Shown here piece after piece: positions 25,333-37,699 of a stretch of DNA of 64,000 bases. This stretch comes from Chiloscyllium plagiosum. Its lineage: Eukaryota. Position 1 is the first letter of the stretch, and every line of letters begins with the position of its first letter. A program made the position numbers and the translations under genes. The notes beneath the pieces were generated by a model. The model was given only the letters and a program-made list of their open reading frames with translations, searched no databases and was not told where the DNA came from. The stretch is from assembly GCF_004010195.1 (NCBI RefSeq), contig NC_057718.1:53367413-53431412 (forward strand), read 5' to 3'.

Positions 25333-25686
25333 TCATAGAATCCCTACAGTGTGGAAGCAGGCCATTCAGCCCAACAAATCCATACCAACTGTAGGAAGAA
25401 TGACCCACCCAGACTCATTTCCCCTACTCTATCACTCTACATTTACCCCTAACTAATGTATCTAACCTACACCACCCTGAACACTATGGGCAATTTAGCA
25501 CAGCCAATTCACCAAACTTGCACATCTTTGGACTGTGGGAGGAAACTGGAGCACCCGGAGGAAACCCACGCAGACATTGGAGAATGTTCAAACTTTACAC
25601 AGACAGTCGCCCGAGGCTGGAATCAAACCCAGGTCCCTAGCGCTGTGTGGCAGCAGTGCTAACCACTGAGCCATCATGGCACCCCG
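25333..25686 (-). mobile_element. HE1-type SINE inserted in the Penelope GIY-YIG region
   Basis: Full-length HE1 sequence; tcact on both flanks. Confidence 0.93.
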
Positions 25687-26314
25687 CATCACTAGAGCAT
25701 ACCTTGGAAATGTGAATTTGAGGGCAATATGGTGTATTACAATGGCAAGCAACCCAGAAGGTCATGATCAGTGAAGATGTTCCGCAAGACAGGCAGCCAG
25801 AATGCGCTTGCTCTCCCCAGAATCAAGAAGCTCACTTCATGAGCAGCAAATACAGTGGACCAAATTGAGGGAAGTGCAGATAAAGTGCTTCATCTGGAAA
25901 GAGTAGTTGAAGCTTTGGAGGAGATAAAAGGACAAGCATTACACCTCCTATGATTGCACAGGGAGACATCAAAGGAGGGGAATGAGATGTGGAGATGATA
26001 GGGGAGTGGACCAGAAAATTGACACAGTGAGAGTAATCATGCTGTAATGCTAATGTGAGAGGAGAGGTGAGGGGAGGGGATGATGTGATTGATGATAGTA
26101 TCCTGCTGGATCTGGTGCAAATGGCAGAAGATGATTCTTCGAACTTGGAGGCTGGTGTAGTGAAAATTAAGGACAAATGGAAGCTACATTGACATAAGTA
26201 GGGAAGATGCGTCGGGTGGGCCAGAGGTTATTAAGGTAGACAAATCCCCAGGACCGGATGGGATCTCTCCCAGGTTGCTGAGGGAGGTGAGAGAGGAAAT
26301 GACTGGGGCTCTGA

Positions 26315-27722
26315 TAGGTCCGATCAAGGACAGTAGTGGGAGACTGTGTATTAAGTCGGAAGAGATAGGAGAGGTCTTGAATGAGTACTTTTCTTCAGTA
26401 TTTATGAATGAGCGGGACTGTATTGTTGAAGAGGAGAGTGTGAAACGGACTGGTAAGCTAGAGGAGATACTTGTTAGGAAGGAAAATGTGTTAGACATTT
26501 TGAACAACTTGAGGATAGACAAGTCCCCCGGGCCTGACGGGATATATCCTGGGATTATGTGGGAAGCAAGACAGGAAATTGCAGTACCGTTGGCAATGAT
26601 CTTTTCATCTTCACTGTCAACGNNNNNNNNNNNNNNNNNNNNNNNNNNNNNNNNNNNNNNNNNNNNNNNNNNNNNNNNNNNNNNNNNNNNNNNNNNNNNN
26701 NNNNNNNNNNNNNNNNNNNNNNNNNNNNNNNNNNNNNNNNNNNNNNNNNNNNNNNNNNNNNNNNNNNNNNNNNNNNNNNNNNNNNNNNNNNNNNNNNNNN
26801 NNNNNNNNNNNNNNNNNNNNNNNNNNNNNNNNNNNNNNNNNNNNNNNNNNNNNNNNNNNNNNNNNNNNNNNNNNNNNNNNNNNNNNNNNNNNNNNNNNNN
26901 NNNNNNNNNNNNNNNNNNNNNNNNNNNNNNNNNNNNNNNNNNNNNNNNNNNNNNNNNNNNNNNNNNNNNNNNNNNNNNNNNNNNNNNNNNNNNNNNNNNN
27001 NNNNNNNNNNNNNNNNNNNNNNNNNNNNNNNNNNNNNNNNNNNNNNNNNNNNNNNNNNNNNNNNNNNNNNNNNNNNNNNNNNNNNNNNNNNNNNNNNNNN
27101 NNNNNNNNNNNNNNNNNNNNNNNNNNNNNNNNNNNNNNNNNNNNNNNNNNNNNNNNNNNNNNNNNNNNNNNNNNNNNNNNNNNNNNNNNNNNNNNNNNNN
27201 NNNNNNNNNNNNNNNNNNNNNNNNNNNNNNNNNNNNNNNNNNNNNNNNNNNNNNNNNNNNNNNNNNNNNNNNNNNNNNNNNNNNNNNNNNNNNNNNNNNN
27301 NNNNNNNNNNNNNNNNNNNNNNNNNNNNNNNNNNNNNNNNNNNNNNNNNNNNNNNNNNNNNNNNNNNNNNNNNNNNNNNNNNNNNNNNNNNNNNNNNNNN
27401 NNNNNNNNNNNNNNNNNNNNNNNNNNNNNNNNNNNNNNNNNNNNNNNNNNNNNNNNNNNNNNNNNNNNNNNNNNNNNNNNNNNNNNNNNNNNNNNNNNNN
27501 NNNNNNNNNNNNNNNNNNNNNNNNNNNNNNNNNNNNNNNNNNNNNNNNNNNNNNNNNNNNNNNNNNTGCCTGTGGGAGTGGTAGAGTCAGCATCTTTGGT
27601 GACCTTTAAGCGGCAATTGGATAGGTACATGGATGGGTGCTTAAGCTAGGACAAATGTTCGGCACAACATCGTGGGCCGAAGGGCCTGTTCTGTGCTGTA
27701 TTGTTCTATGTTCTATGTTCTA
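26315..27722 (+). mobile_element. CR1 LINE (inner copy) nested in the outer CR1 and spanning the gap
   Basis: IGPIKDSSGRLC..EVLNEYFSSVF..DKSPGPDGIYP before the gap; its own (ttctatg)n tail at 27700-27722. Confidence 0.85.
26623..27566. other. Assembly gap (944 N)
   Basis: Run of n characters. Confidence 1.
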
Positions 27723-30299
27723 TATCTTTGTAACATCATTAAATACAGGTGAGGTGCCGGAGAGTTGGAGGTTGCTCATGTTGTCCCCCTGTACAAGAAG
27801 GGCAGTAGGGATATTCCGGGTAACCACAGACCAGTGAGCCTGACGTCAGTGATGGGAAAGTTGCTGGAGAAGGTACTGAAGGATAAAATCTATTTATATT
27901 TGGAAAAGAATGGGCTTATCAGTGATAGGCAACATGGTTTTCTGTGGGGTACATTACGCCTTACCAACTTAATACAGTTCTTTGACGAAGTGAACAAGTT
28001 GATAGCTGAAGAAGAGCTGTTGACGTCATATACATGGACTTTAGTAAGGCATTTGGATAAAGTTCTCCATGGTAAACTAATGGAAAAAGAGACGTCACAT
28101 GGTGTGCAGGGTGTTCTAGCTAGGTGGATGAAGAACAGGAGACAAAGAATAGTAGTTGAAGGGAGTTTCTCGAAATGGAAAAAGGTAACCATTGATGTTC
28201 CACAGGGATCAGTGTTGGGGCCACTGTTGTTTGTAATATATATAAATGATCTAGAAGCGGGCACTGTTGGTATGATCAGCAAGTTTGCAGATGACACAAA
28301 GATTGGTGGAGTAGCAGGGGACTGTCAAAGAATACAGGAGAATATAGATAGACTGGAGAGTTGGGCGAGAAGTGGTATATGGAGTTCAATCCAGGCAAAT
28401 GTGAGGTGTCGTATCTAGAGCGAATTATACAGCAAATGGAAGAGCTTTGGGAAAAATTGATGAGCAGAGAGATCTGGGAGTTCACGTCCATTGTACCCTG
28501 AAGGTTGCTGCACAAGTGGATAGAATGGTCAAGAAAGTATATGGTATGTTTGCCTTCATCGAATGGGGTATTGAGTATAAGAGCTGGCGGGTTATGTTAA
28601 AATTGTACAAGACATTGGTTTGACCGCATTTAGAATACTGTGTACAGATCTAGTCGCCACATTACCAAAAGGATGCGGACGCTTTGGAGAGAGTGAAGAG
28701 AAGGTTTACGAGGATGTTGCCTTGTGTGGAAGGTTTTAGCTATGAAGAGAGGTTGAGTAGGTTAGGTTTGTTTTCATTAAAAAAAAGGAGATTGAGGGGG
28801 GACCTGATTGAGGTCTACAAAATCATTAAGGGTATTGACAGGGTAGATAAAGGTAAGCTTTTTCCCAGGGTGAAGGATTCAATAATGAGAGGTCACGCTT
28901 TCAAGGTGAGAGGTGAAAAGTTTAAGAGAGACACACGCGGCAAGTACTTTATAGAGAGTGGTAGGTGCCTGGAACGGGGTTGCCAGCAGAGGTATCAGAG
29001 TCAGACATGGTAGATTTGTCTGGAATGCATCTAGACAGATGCATGAGTAGGTGGGGAGCAGACGGATCCAGATACTTAGGAATTCAGTGGCAGGTTTAGA
29101 CAGTGGATTAGGATTGGCTTGGGCTTGGAGGGCTGAAGGGCCTGTTCCTGGGCTGTAAATCTTCTTTGTTCTTTGTAAAGTTCTCTGGGAGAGTAGGGAA
29201 CAAATCAAAATAGAAATGGAAGAGATGGTCAGACATGGTTGAGGGCCCTGACAGCTACAGTTTTGTTTGGGGCTGGACGAGTTGGAAGCCTCAGTTGAGG
29301 AAAATAGAAATTGTGTCAAAAGCACCATTGTGGAAGGTAACATCATCAGATTAAGTACTATGAGGATAGAGATACCAGGAGAATGGAGTCATCACTGGAA
29401 ACATGATGTGACGAAGGTAACTGCGAAAGTCTGTGGACTTGCAATGAATATTAAGAGGCAACCTATCCCCAGAAATGAAGATGCAGAAGCTAAGGAAGGG
29501 AAGAGTCAGAGATGGAGCAGGGTGGTTCTTGGAATCAAAACTGAACATTTTTCCAGTTCTCAATGAAAACAGAAAATTAAGTTATCAATGTATCAGAATT
29601 AGAGTAATGGAGGAAACCTAAATCGGACTGCAAAAAGGAATCTTCCATTTATTCCAAGAAATTGTTCAAAATTAAATTCAGTGAGGTGGAGGAGGGTAGT
29701 GATGAATTGTGATTGTTCAGCCTCCATTCAAGGATGAGGATGAAAATCCTCAGACTGTCCTGATGGGGAACGGAGGTATCATCATGAAGGTGGTCAGAGC
29801 TTGCAAACCGGAAATTGTTGAAAAGACATACAATGTCAGAAGGATCATGAATGTAGATTAGGCAAACTGTATAATAAAAGGATTCAAGTGTAGAAGAAAT
29901 ATGTTTAGTGGGGCTGGAACAAGCTGAAATGATTGGTATGCCAGAGGAGTCATGTATGTTGATTTTAAGAAAAAGCTAGAGGTGGGCTGTTCATTGTTAG
30001 AGATCTATATGTGGGAAGATCTTTAGAGGAGATAAAGTCTGTGACAGTTCTAGAAACAAAATTGAAAATCAGTGGTGGGTCTTCAGAGGAATGAGATATT
30101 GAAGCAGATTTCTGGGAGCTATGAAGTAGGACCTCAAGTACAATAATCTCCAGATTTACCTTAATGCCATGCACTAATGATCATAGAAACAGAGGGATAG
30201 AATGAATACATGAATGGACAGATGTTGCAAGGGGCAAGGCCTTAGATTCCTAGGATCAGCCTGGGACGATCAATAAAGGTAAGCTAGACATGCTACATT

Positions 30300-30391
30300 C
30301 CTGAAGTTGGGCTTATGCCCGAAATGTCGATTCTCCTGCTCCTTGGATGCTGCCTGACCTGCTGCGCTTTTCCAGCAACACATTTTCAGCT
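30300..30391 (+). mobile_element. Single Penelope-like terminal repeat with 11-bp TSD
   Basis: cctgaagttgggcttatgcccgaaatgtcgattctcc...ccagcaacacattttcagct, flanked by catgctacatt at 30289-30299 and 30392-30402. Confidence 0.85.
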
Positions 30392-30899
30392 CATGCTACA
30401 TTTTAACAAAGTTAGGACTAATGTCCGCTAAGGAATTATAAAAACTAAATACTGTGAATGCTTCAAAATAAAAAAAAAACAGAAATGCTGGAGAAACTTA
30501 ATCGATCTGGCAACTTCTGTGGAAAGAGAAACAGCTCAAATTATGGCTCTCCTTCAGAATGGAGAGGATTGGGAAATGGCTTTTATAGGAAGCAGAGGGG
30601 CAGAGGAGTGAGTAAGGGTGCTAGGTATAAAAAGTGCGAATGGTGGTGAAAGAAATATAGCAAAAAGAAACGGAATACTTCCTTATCTGTTTGAGGTTAG
30701 AGAAGGTGTTAGCTGGACTGCTAAGCTCCAAAAAGACACGACTAGCATCAAATCAGAGCTGTGGACTAATTGATTCCATGTTACATGCCTTGATCATCTT
30801 GTTCCAAATACATCCAGTGGCTCTTCACTGCACCCATACTAATGCCTCCACCAGTATGTTGTTTGATGTGGCTCAAGTGAAAAGAGTAGGAAAGCTGTG

Positions 30900-31550
30900 C
30901 AGAGACACCATCTTGAACACCTGAAGTCACCTGTAGTGACATTGGTGATCTGAATTTTGCATCAAAGCATCTGGAGTACCGAGTATAGTTTTGTCACTTA
31001 ATATGAGGAGGGAAAGATTGTTCTTACAACCTACAGATTCCCCAGAAAGAACTTGAAGGGTTAACTTATGAATACAAGTTGTTTAAGCCTAGAACAAAAA
31101 CAGGAATTACTGGAGGAACTCAGCAGGTCTGGCAGCATCTATGGAGAAAAAGCAGATTTAATGTTATGCATCCAGTGACCCTTCAGAACGGTTTCTCCAG
31201 CAATTTCTGTTTTTTCTTTTGGACTCCCTCAAAATTTAGCATGTTATTTGGTGATTTAATTGAGGTTTGAAAACTATACAGGAAAGACTCAAAACAGCTA
31301 TTTCTCCAGGTGGGGAAATCAGAAGGTTAGTCTTACATTAACAATTCAGATTAGACACGTGGACAATTTTTCACACAGAAGTTTGTGATAAACTAGAATT
31401 CTCTGCCTCAAAAGACCCTACGTGCTGGGCTAAATTGAATTTTCAAGTTAAGATCAATATGTAACCGTATCAAGGGATATGGATCAATGGCAGATAAATG
31501 GAATGGAGGAGTGGATCAGCCTTCTCCTGTTTGTATCTTTCTGTGTTCCT
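30900..31550 (+). mobile_element. Old CR1 3' fragment with a Penelope-like terminal-repeat insert (31090-31220)
   Basis: ctggagtaccgagtatagttttgtcac, ggtgatttaattgaggttt, tttttcacacagaag motifs; insert ctggaggaactcagcaggtctggcagcatc. Confidence 0.6.
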
Positions 31551-32519
31551 AAGTGCTTATTGATATGGCGAGAAGAGTCAGTGTGAAGCATTGGTATTTA
31601 AACTTACTTCAACTGTGCCTAGCCAAACACATAATTTATCTGGTGTTTCATGGAGAAATTGCATGTTGGCTTACGTTAGTTAAGCTGCTGCAATGTTTTA
31701 GTGTGCATGCAATAATGTGTTTGGCCATATTGAATTCACTGTGAAAAATAAATGTTGACATATTTAGGGCTAAGAATAAAGCCTGAGGTAAGTTTAAAAC
31801 ATATATCCTTTAAGTCAGTCTTTATCTTTTTGATCTGAGAAACAGGTTATTTTAACCAGCAAGACCACGCTGGTGTTTATTTTTCCACAGCAGCACCAAA
31901 GTTATGTGATTAATGATATGAAAATCAAAGTTTAAAACTATGAAAACCCAATTTCTGCACATAAGGTGGAACCTGTGTAAGAAACTGCAACTGCGGATGT
32001 TTGTTTTAATTTAACACATTTCAATCACATGCATTTCCAAGATATATATGTAGTAAATACAGAGTTCAAAGATATACTAAACATAGCTCAGTAAGGAGAA
32101 AATAAATGAAGGACCAGAAGTAGGGTGCCCACATCCTGCTGTGCCTAAACATTTGTGTGTAAGAAGTTGCATTTAAATTAGAAATTTGACCAACCATTAT
32201 TTTGAACATACTGTTCATAAACTTGCAAAACATGCGTCAGTTCCTCTTTTCCATGGTAAACATCAATATTTTTCTTCCATAAATATTAATTAAAATTGAT
32301 TACATTTCTTTGATCATTTTTCTAGCGTTCTCTATTTACCAATGTTCTTAATATTATCTATATGTGTAATATATGGTGAAATATTTCAACCACAACTGTT
32401 TGTAGGTGGCGGAAATGGCGGATGATGATGCGCTGTATACGAAGATTGGTAGGGTGAAAGGTGAGGACCAGGGGGCCTCTGTCCTTGACTGGCAACATGG
32501 AGTAACCAGTTATTCCTGA

Positions 32520-33470
32520 CAAAGTTTACAATATTATGAGAGGCATGAATAGAATGGAGAATTGGCGCCCTTTTTCCCAGGTTAGGAATGTCAATTACTA
32601 GGGACATACATTTAAAGTAAAAGGGGAAAGTTTAAGGGAGGTATGAGAGGAAAGTCTTTTTACACAGAGGGTAATAAGTGGCTGGAACATGCTGTCAGAG
32701 AAGGTGGTTGAAGAAAATGCAATAGCAATGTATAGGAGGCATCTTGACAGAGAGATAAATAGCCATGCAATAGGAGGATACAGAATCATGGAATCGCTAT
32801 AGTGCAGAGAGAGGCCATTCAACCTATTGAGTCTACTCCGACCCTCCAAAGAGGATCCCACCTATCCCTACAATCCTGCATTTCCTATCACTAATCTACT
32901 TCACCTACACATCCCTGGACACCATGGGCAATTTAGCAGCTGGAGTACTGTGTGCAGTTTTGGTCTTGTTAGCTTAGGAAGGATATTATTGTCAGAAGAG
33001 TGCAACTATGTTCACCAGAATTGTGTGGAGTTTGTACATTCTGCCCGTGTCTGCGTGGGTTTCCTCTGGGTATTCCAGTTTCCTCCCACAAGTGAAAGAT
33101 TTGCAGGTTAGGTGAATTGGTCATGCTAAATTATCCATAGTGTTCAGGGATGTGTAGGTTAGGTGCAGTAGTCAGGGGTGATTATAGGGTAGGGGAATGG
33201 GTCTTGGTGGGTTACTCTTCAGAGGGTTGGTGTGAACCGAAGGGCCTGTTTCCACACTGGAGGGATTCTAATTCTAAAAAATAAATTCTAATGAAACACT
33301 GTGGGCTAATGCAACCTGCAACCTCATAGTCTGGCATATTCCCACTCTACAATTACTGAAAACCAGTGGATCAACCCTGGTGCAATAAACAGTGCCCAAG
33401 GCTGGAATCAAACCCAGGTCCCTGGTGCTGTGAGGTAGCAGTGCTAACCACTGAGCCACCACGCAACCCT
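32520..33470. mobile_element. Cluster of CR1 3' fragments and three partial HE1 SINEs in both orientations
   Basis: CR1 + 32520-32780; HE1 - 32781-32937; CR1 piece 32938-33020; HE1 + 33022-33275; HE1 head - 33388-33470. Confidence 0.8.
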
Positions 33471-33939
33471 TTTCATTGCTGCTCAGACTGAAGATGCAAG
33501 ATCTGTTCTAAACCTATCCCATTTAGCACGAGCAATGCTACCAAACATGACCAAGGCTGTCATCAATGTGAAAACAAGACTTCATTTCTACAAATATAAA
33601 GGCAAGACAGGAGAAATTTGAAACAAACAAAGAGAAAGTTGGAGAAATGTAGCAGATCCGGCAGCAATCTGTGAAGAGAGAAAGAAAGTTAACGTTTTAA
33701 GTCGGGTATGACATTTACAGAGCATAAGGCCTGTTTTGGTGGACATTCACAATCCCATCATGGAAACATACAACGGCAGCAGGAATTTTGGTGAGGATGA
33801 GGTTAAGTAGGATTTTCTCAGGTTTGTTCTATCACCATCTGCCATAGATCCCATCTCAAAATTAGGTTCTTTAAGGCCCGAACGACTCAGTCAATAATGC
33901 TGTAATATTGCCACATTTGGTGTTTCTGCCAAGTGGTTT

Positions 33940-34572
33940 TCAAAAAAGTGTGGATAAGAAGTGGGTGGTAATCAGCAGGACCTATTCTTGCCTATTTTTT
34001 GACCTGATGACATGAAACTTCTTGGAATCAAAACAATGTTGAAGAGTCCAAGGCAACTCCTTCCCATCTGCTTATCACTGTGCCACTACCTGTGCTAGTT
34101 ATTGGGACAGGACATATCCAGGGATAGTGAGGGTGGTATCTGGTATATTGTCTGTAAGATTCTGTGAGGTTGCTGCTTGACTAGCCTTTAAGGATCAACA
34201 TAGCTTAGTTTATTGTCATTGTTTCCAGTGTCTGGATCAGTGCCAGTTGGTTCATCAGTTTCCTCCTTTGTTGAGAGTTTTTGACAATTGATACCACTTA
34301 TTATGTAATTTCAGAGGGCAGTTAAGTCAAATACATTGCCAAGGAGTCGCTTATCAACAAGGTAATGGATGGCAGATTTCCATTCTTACATGACATGAGT
34401 TTTTACAACAATGAACAACAACTTCATGGTCATCATTAGACTTTACATTATAGATGTTTAAAAATTTAAATTCCAGCATCTGCTCTGATGGGATTCAAAC
34501 CCAGGTCCCTGGAGCTTTACTTGGGTCCCTAGATTACTGGTCCAGTGACAATATCATGATGTCATTGCCACC
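33940..34572 (-). mobile_element. 5' part of the second LINE family, with tRNA-like head
   Basis: Reverse complement matches 19640-20170 (ggaaatctgccatcc, tgccctctgaaat, tcaagcagcaacct, atccctggata); B-box-like gggtttgaatccc at 34490-34502. Confidence 0.7.
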
Positions 34573-34899
34573 CCAGTCTTGATGGAATGAACAGCCTGCT
34601 CCTGTTCCTATGAAACCATTATGTTTGGTCACAGATAATCGGACCAGCAATAATTGGCTTTGATGGTGTCCTTTGTTCAGAACGAGCTGAGGTGGACACT
34701 CTGCGTACATCTTTGTTTGGGTTTAGCTGGAATGGCTGTGCAGTGCAACTAGTGTGACACTCTAAGAGGTAATGAGTTTACTTTTGTCTTGGTAATTGCT
34801 GAAAATTCCTGGAAGCAACGAATGTGTTCATTCTGTATTTGATAGCAGCCTTTTAAAAATCTGTCCTTTTTGCAAAAAGAATCTAATCAAGATGTTATA

Positions 34900-35310
34900 G
34901 ATTATAAAAGACAATTTATAGTCTTTCCCCTTCTACTCTCTGGGATTTTTAAAGTTCCAATGAAACCTCTTGACCTATTTCAAAACTGTAGAGAATACAG
35001 CGCAATATTGCCACATTCTCTCTTGATAATACCACCATCTCTGGAATTGGTGTGATGAAGCTCCACTGCACTCCCTCCATGGTATGTGTGCACATCCTTC
35101 CTTAGGTATGAGGACCAAAACTGCACATAATACTTCACATGAAGTCACATCAAGATTCTATGCAAATGAAACAAGATCTTTATTCCTGCACTCAAATACT
35201 CTTGGACTAATTACCATTTGCCTTCATAATTGTTTACTGCAAGTACAGGTTAGTGTTCAATGATTTATGAACAAGGACACCCAGATCCTTTTGTACATCA
35301 ACAGTATATG
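34900..35310 (-). mobile_element. Old CR1 ORF2 fragment
   Basis: accaaaactgcacataatacttca and aggacacccagatcc are reverse-strand (L)KYYVQFW and DLGVLV motifs. Confidence 0.65.
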
Positions 35311-36575
35311 TTGTTCAGTGATAAATAATCAGAATTATTCATAATTCAATGTGTATTTTTTCCACTAATGAAGTCTTTGGCTTAGGTGAACTCCAAATGT
35401 TTAATCAGTATGATATTTCTAATTGACAATAGGTTACAAAGTAGAGAATGCAATAAACTGTCTAATTTACTCCATTGACTAACGTGCACTAAATCTCATT
35501 GTCTACTCTTAAAAATAAAATGTTGATACTTGTTTGTTTACTTGCAAATAATGAAGCTCACAGAGTTTGGCTTTCAGCCATTACAAAAATAAATACAATC
35601 ATTGTCTTTGTTACAATGCCTTTTGTTTTGTAGCTCCCAGCAAATGATGTCTTAAGGGTTCATCTTGACTAACGATGTGCTCGTGAAACTCTGGCAGCTA
35701 AGTTAAAATAAGGCTAACTGGGGTCTGTCACGTCCTGTGAGGACTTGCTCTTCTGCACATTGTGTGCACAATCAGATGCGTTGTGTAATATGTGCTTCCC
35801 AGTTTACTGGTTCCTCAAATTGTGAACTGTTGCCAGTAACAAACAACTATTCCCAGTGAGATCTCTTACTCTGCTTTACATTATTTCTTAGCACTGTAAT
35901 TTCAATGTGAGGCTTGAGTCTACTCACTGACCTTGTAGTGATTAAGTTGTAGCTGCAGTAACGGGCTCCAAACTGTCAGTGGATTTTGCCTATCTGACAA
36001 GATCTTGTTCCCTCCTTTTTGCTGCTAATTACTGCTGTGGGAAGAATAAGCTCTGCGGCATCATGACATGTTCCAACAATTTACACTGCAACAATGCAAT
36101 AAAAGCAACTCTGCTCGCTCATACAAAGCAATGTTCATTCTTAGACTCTCAGTGAATAGATAGAGAGGCCTTGGATCCATTGGGATAACCTGAATTCACA
36201 ATGCTGGCCTCGACCACTTGCAATTGGCTCTTTATTTGGGAGCACAATAGGCTTTACTGTCTTTTATGTTTCCTGCTAAATAAGGTTCAGATTGGTGCAG
36301 GGAATTTTAAACACATTTTAGGCCTAAATACATTGACAGCCAAATTCATTTTTTGCTAGATTATTCCTCATATTCTATGATTCTGATAATCAATGACATC
36401 TAATGTTTATTTTAATGAGCAAACTGCTTAAAGCCTATGTTGATGATAAAACACTAGCTCAGATTTTAAGTAATAAATAAAAGCATTGAATGGTTACAGA
36501 CCTGAAATCTTAATTCTTGGATTTTAGGATGCTGCCTGATCTGGTAACTATATCCAGCATTAGCTGTTTCTAGTT

Positions 36576-37220
36576 GAATTAGAATTAGCTTTATTGCCAC
36601 ATGTACTCAAATAATACACCGAAAAATGTACAAGTTGCCAATTACGGCACCCTCTTAGTTACAGATTGTTCAGTACATGTTCTTAGGAAAGAAAAAAAAA
36701 CATAAAAATAAAAAGGGTAACATTGTAGATTGTATGAATAAATTAGAATGCAGGGAAATAAAAGTTCAGAACAATAATCCTTTCAACCCGGTCCATGCTG
36801 GCACCAGGCTCTGGTCCACACCAGGCCTGGATCCCAGACTGTGCCGGGCTTCACCTTGAGGCTAGGAGACTGCTCTGGAATCACCTTGAGACTGGAAGGC
36901 CATACTGAAGCCTCGCTGGGCTGAAAGACTGCTATGGACAGCTGAAAGGCTACCATATTGGGCTAAAACACCACCACACTGGGCCATTGAGACACCAACA
37001 TGCTGTGATGGAAGATCACCATCCCAGGCCAAGATGACACCACGCTAGGCAAAAAGGACACCTCGCCAAGCCGGAAGGCTGCCATGCCAGGCTGAGAGAC
37101 ATATCACCAGGTTGGTAGAATGCTTCACTAGGTCGGAAGGTTACCATGCCAGGCTGGGAGACCGCCACATCAAACCAAAAGGATGCCTCATTTGGGTCTG
37201 CTCTGAGGCTGGGAGTCCAA
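36576..37220 (-). mobile_element. Non-coding insertion with Rex1-like 3' tail and internal 21-bp tandem array, splitting a Penelope-like terminal repeat
   Basis: Minus-strand end aataaagctaattctaattc; about 13 units resembling CAGGCTGGAAGGCCACCACGC at 36917-37190; host repeat halves at 36500-36575 and 37221-37245. Confidence 0.6.
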
Positions 37221-37699
37221 AGATTTTCAGCATCTGCAATACTTCAATATGTTGCAAAGTTAGATTTTAAACTTGTTGCTAACCTGGGAAATGATGGCTA
37301 CAAATTGACTGCTCAGAATAGAAGCAGTCCTGATTAGTTTAGCCATTGTTTCTGATGTTATTGAGAATTGGCCTGATCTCAAACTGTGAGGATGGACCAC
37401 AATGCCTGTTTCATGCTCTGTAAAGGTCATACATCTCTGATTCCAATATTAATGTAACAAAACAGAATATTGCTTTAACATAGACTTAATGGCTTTGCAA
37501 AATTCTAAGGCTAATTTTAGTCTATGCTCACAATGTAACAATCACTTCATTATGTAAACTCAAATTATCTAGTATCCTGTCAATAACGTTTTACGTGCAT
37601 CTCTTTTCCCTGCTCCATACTTGACTTTGATGCATCTGTACTTTGGACTTTTCCTCCTAAAACCCTTACCTAACTGGACTGTTCCCATCTTAAATTAAA

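Larger units (their letters stand above)
26181..29180 (+). mobile_element. CR1 LINE (outer copy), 5'-truncated, frameshifted
   Basis: VDKSPGPDGISPRLLRE, then after the nested insert PLYKKGSRDIPGNHRPVSLTS, VPQGSVLGPLLFVIYINDL, SKFADDTK; tail ttctttgttctttgt. Confidence 0.92.
24880..30200 (-). mobile_element. Decayed Penelope-like element (RT plus GIY-YIG), interrupted by HE1 and CR1 insertions
   Basis: GIY-YIG relic at 25230-25330 and 25690-26180; RT relic at 29180-30200 (LPFLSFCIFISGDRLPLNIHCKSTDFRSYL); terminal-repeat piece at 24880-24960. Confidence 0.75.

Noticed and set aside
26184..27630. Long ORFs of 337-469 aa in the track
   Set aside because: Artefacts of translating through the N gap
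34641..34768. AG...GT-bounded candidate coding exon
   Set aside because: All three frames contain stops
35700..35716. aagttaaaataaggcta, identical to part of the SpCas9 tracrRNA/sgRNA scaffold
   Set aside because: Only 17 AT-rich nt; the flanks do not continue the scaffold and there is no cas gene, repeat array or vector context, so chance is most likely
36917..37190. Regularly spaced repeats (also 23865-24264) as a CRISPR-like array
   Set aside because: Units are head-to-tail and degenerate with no unique spacers; eukaryotic context
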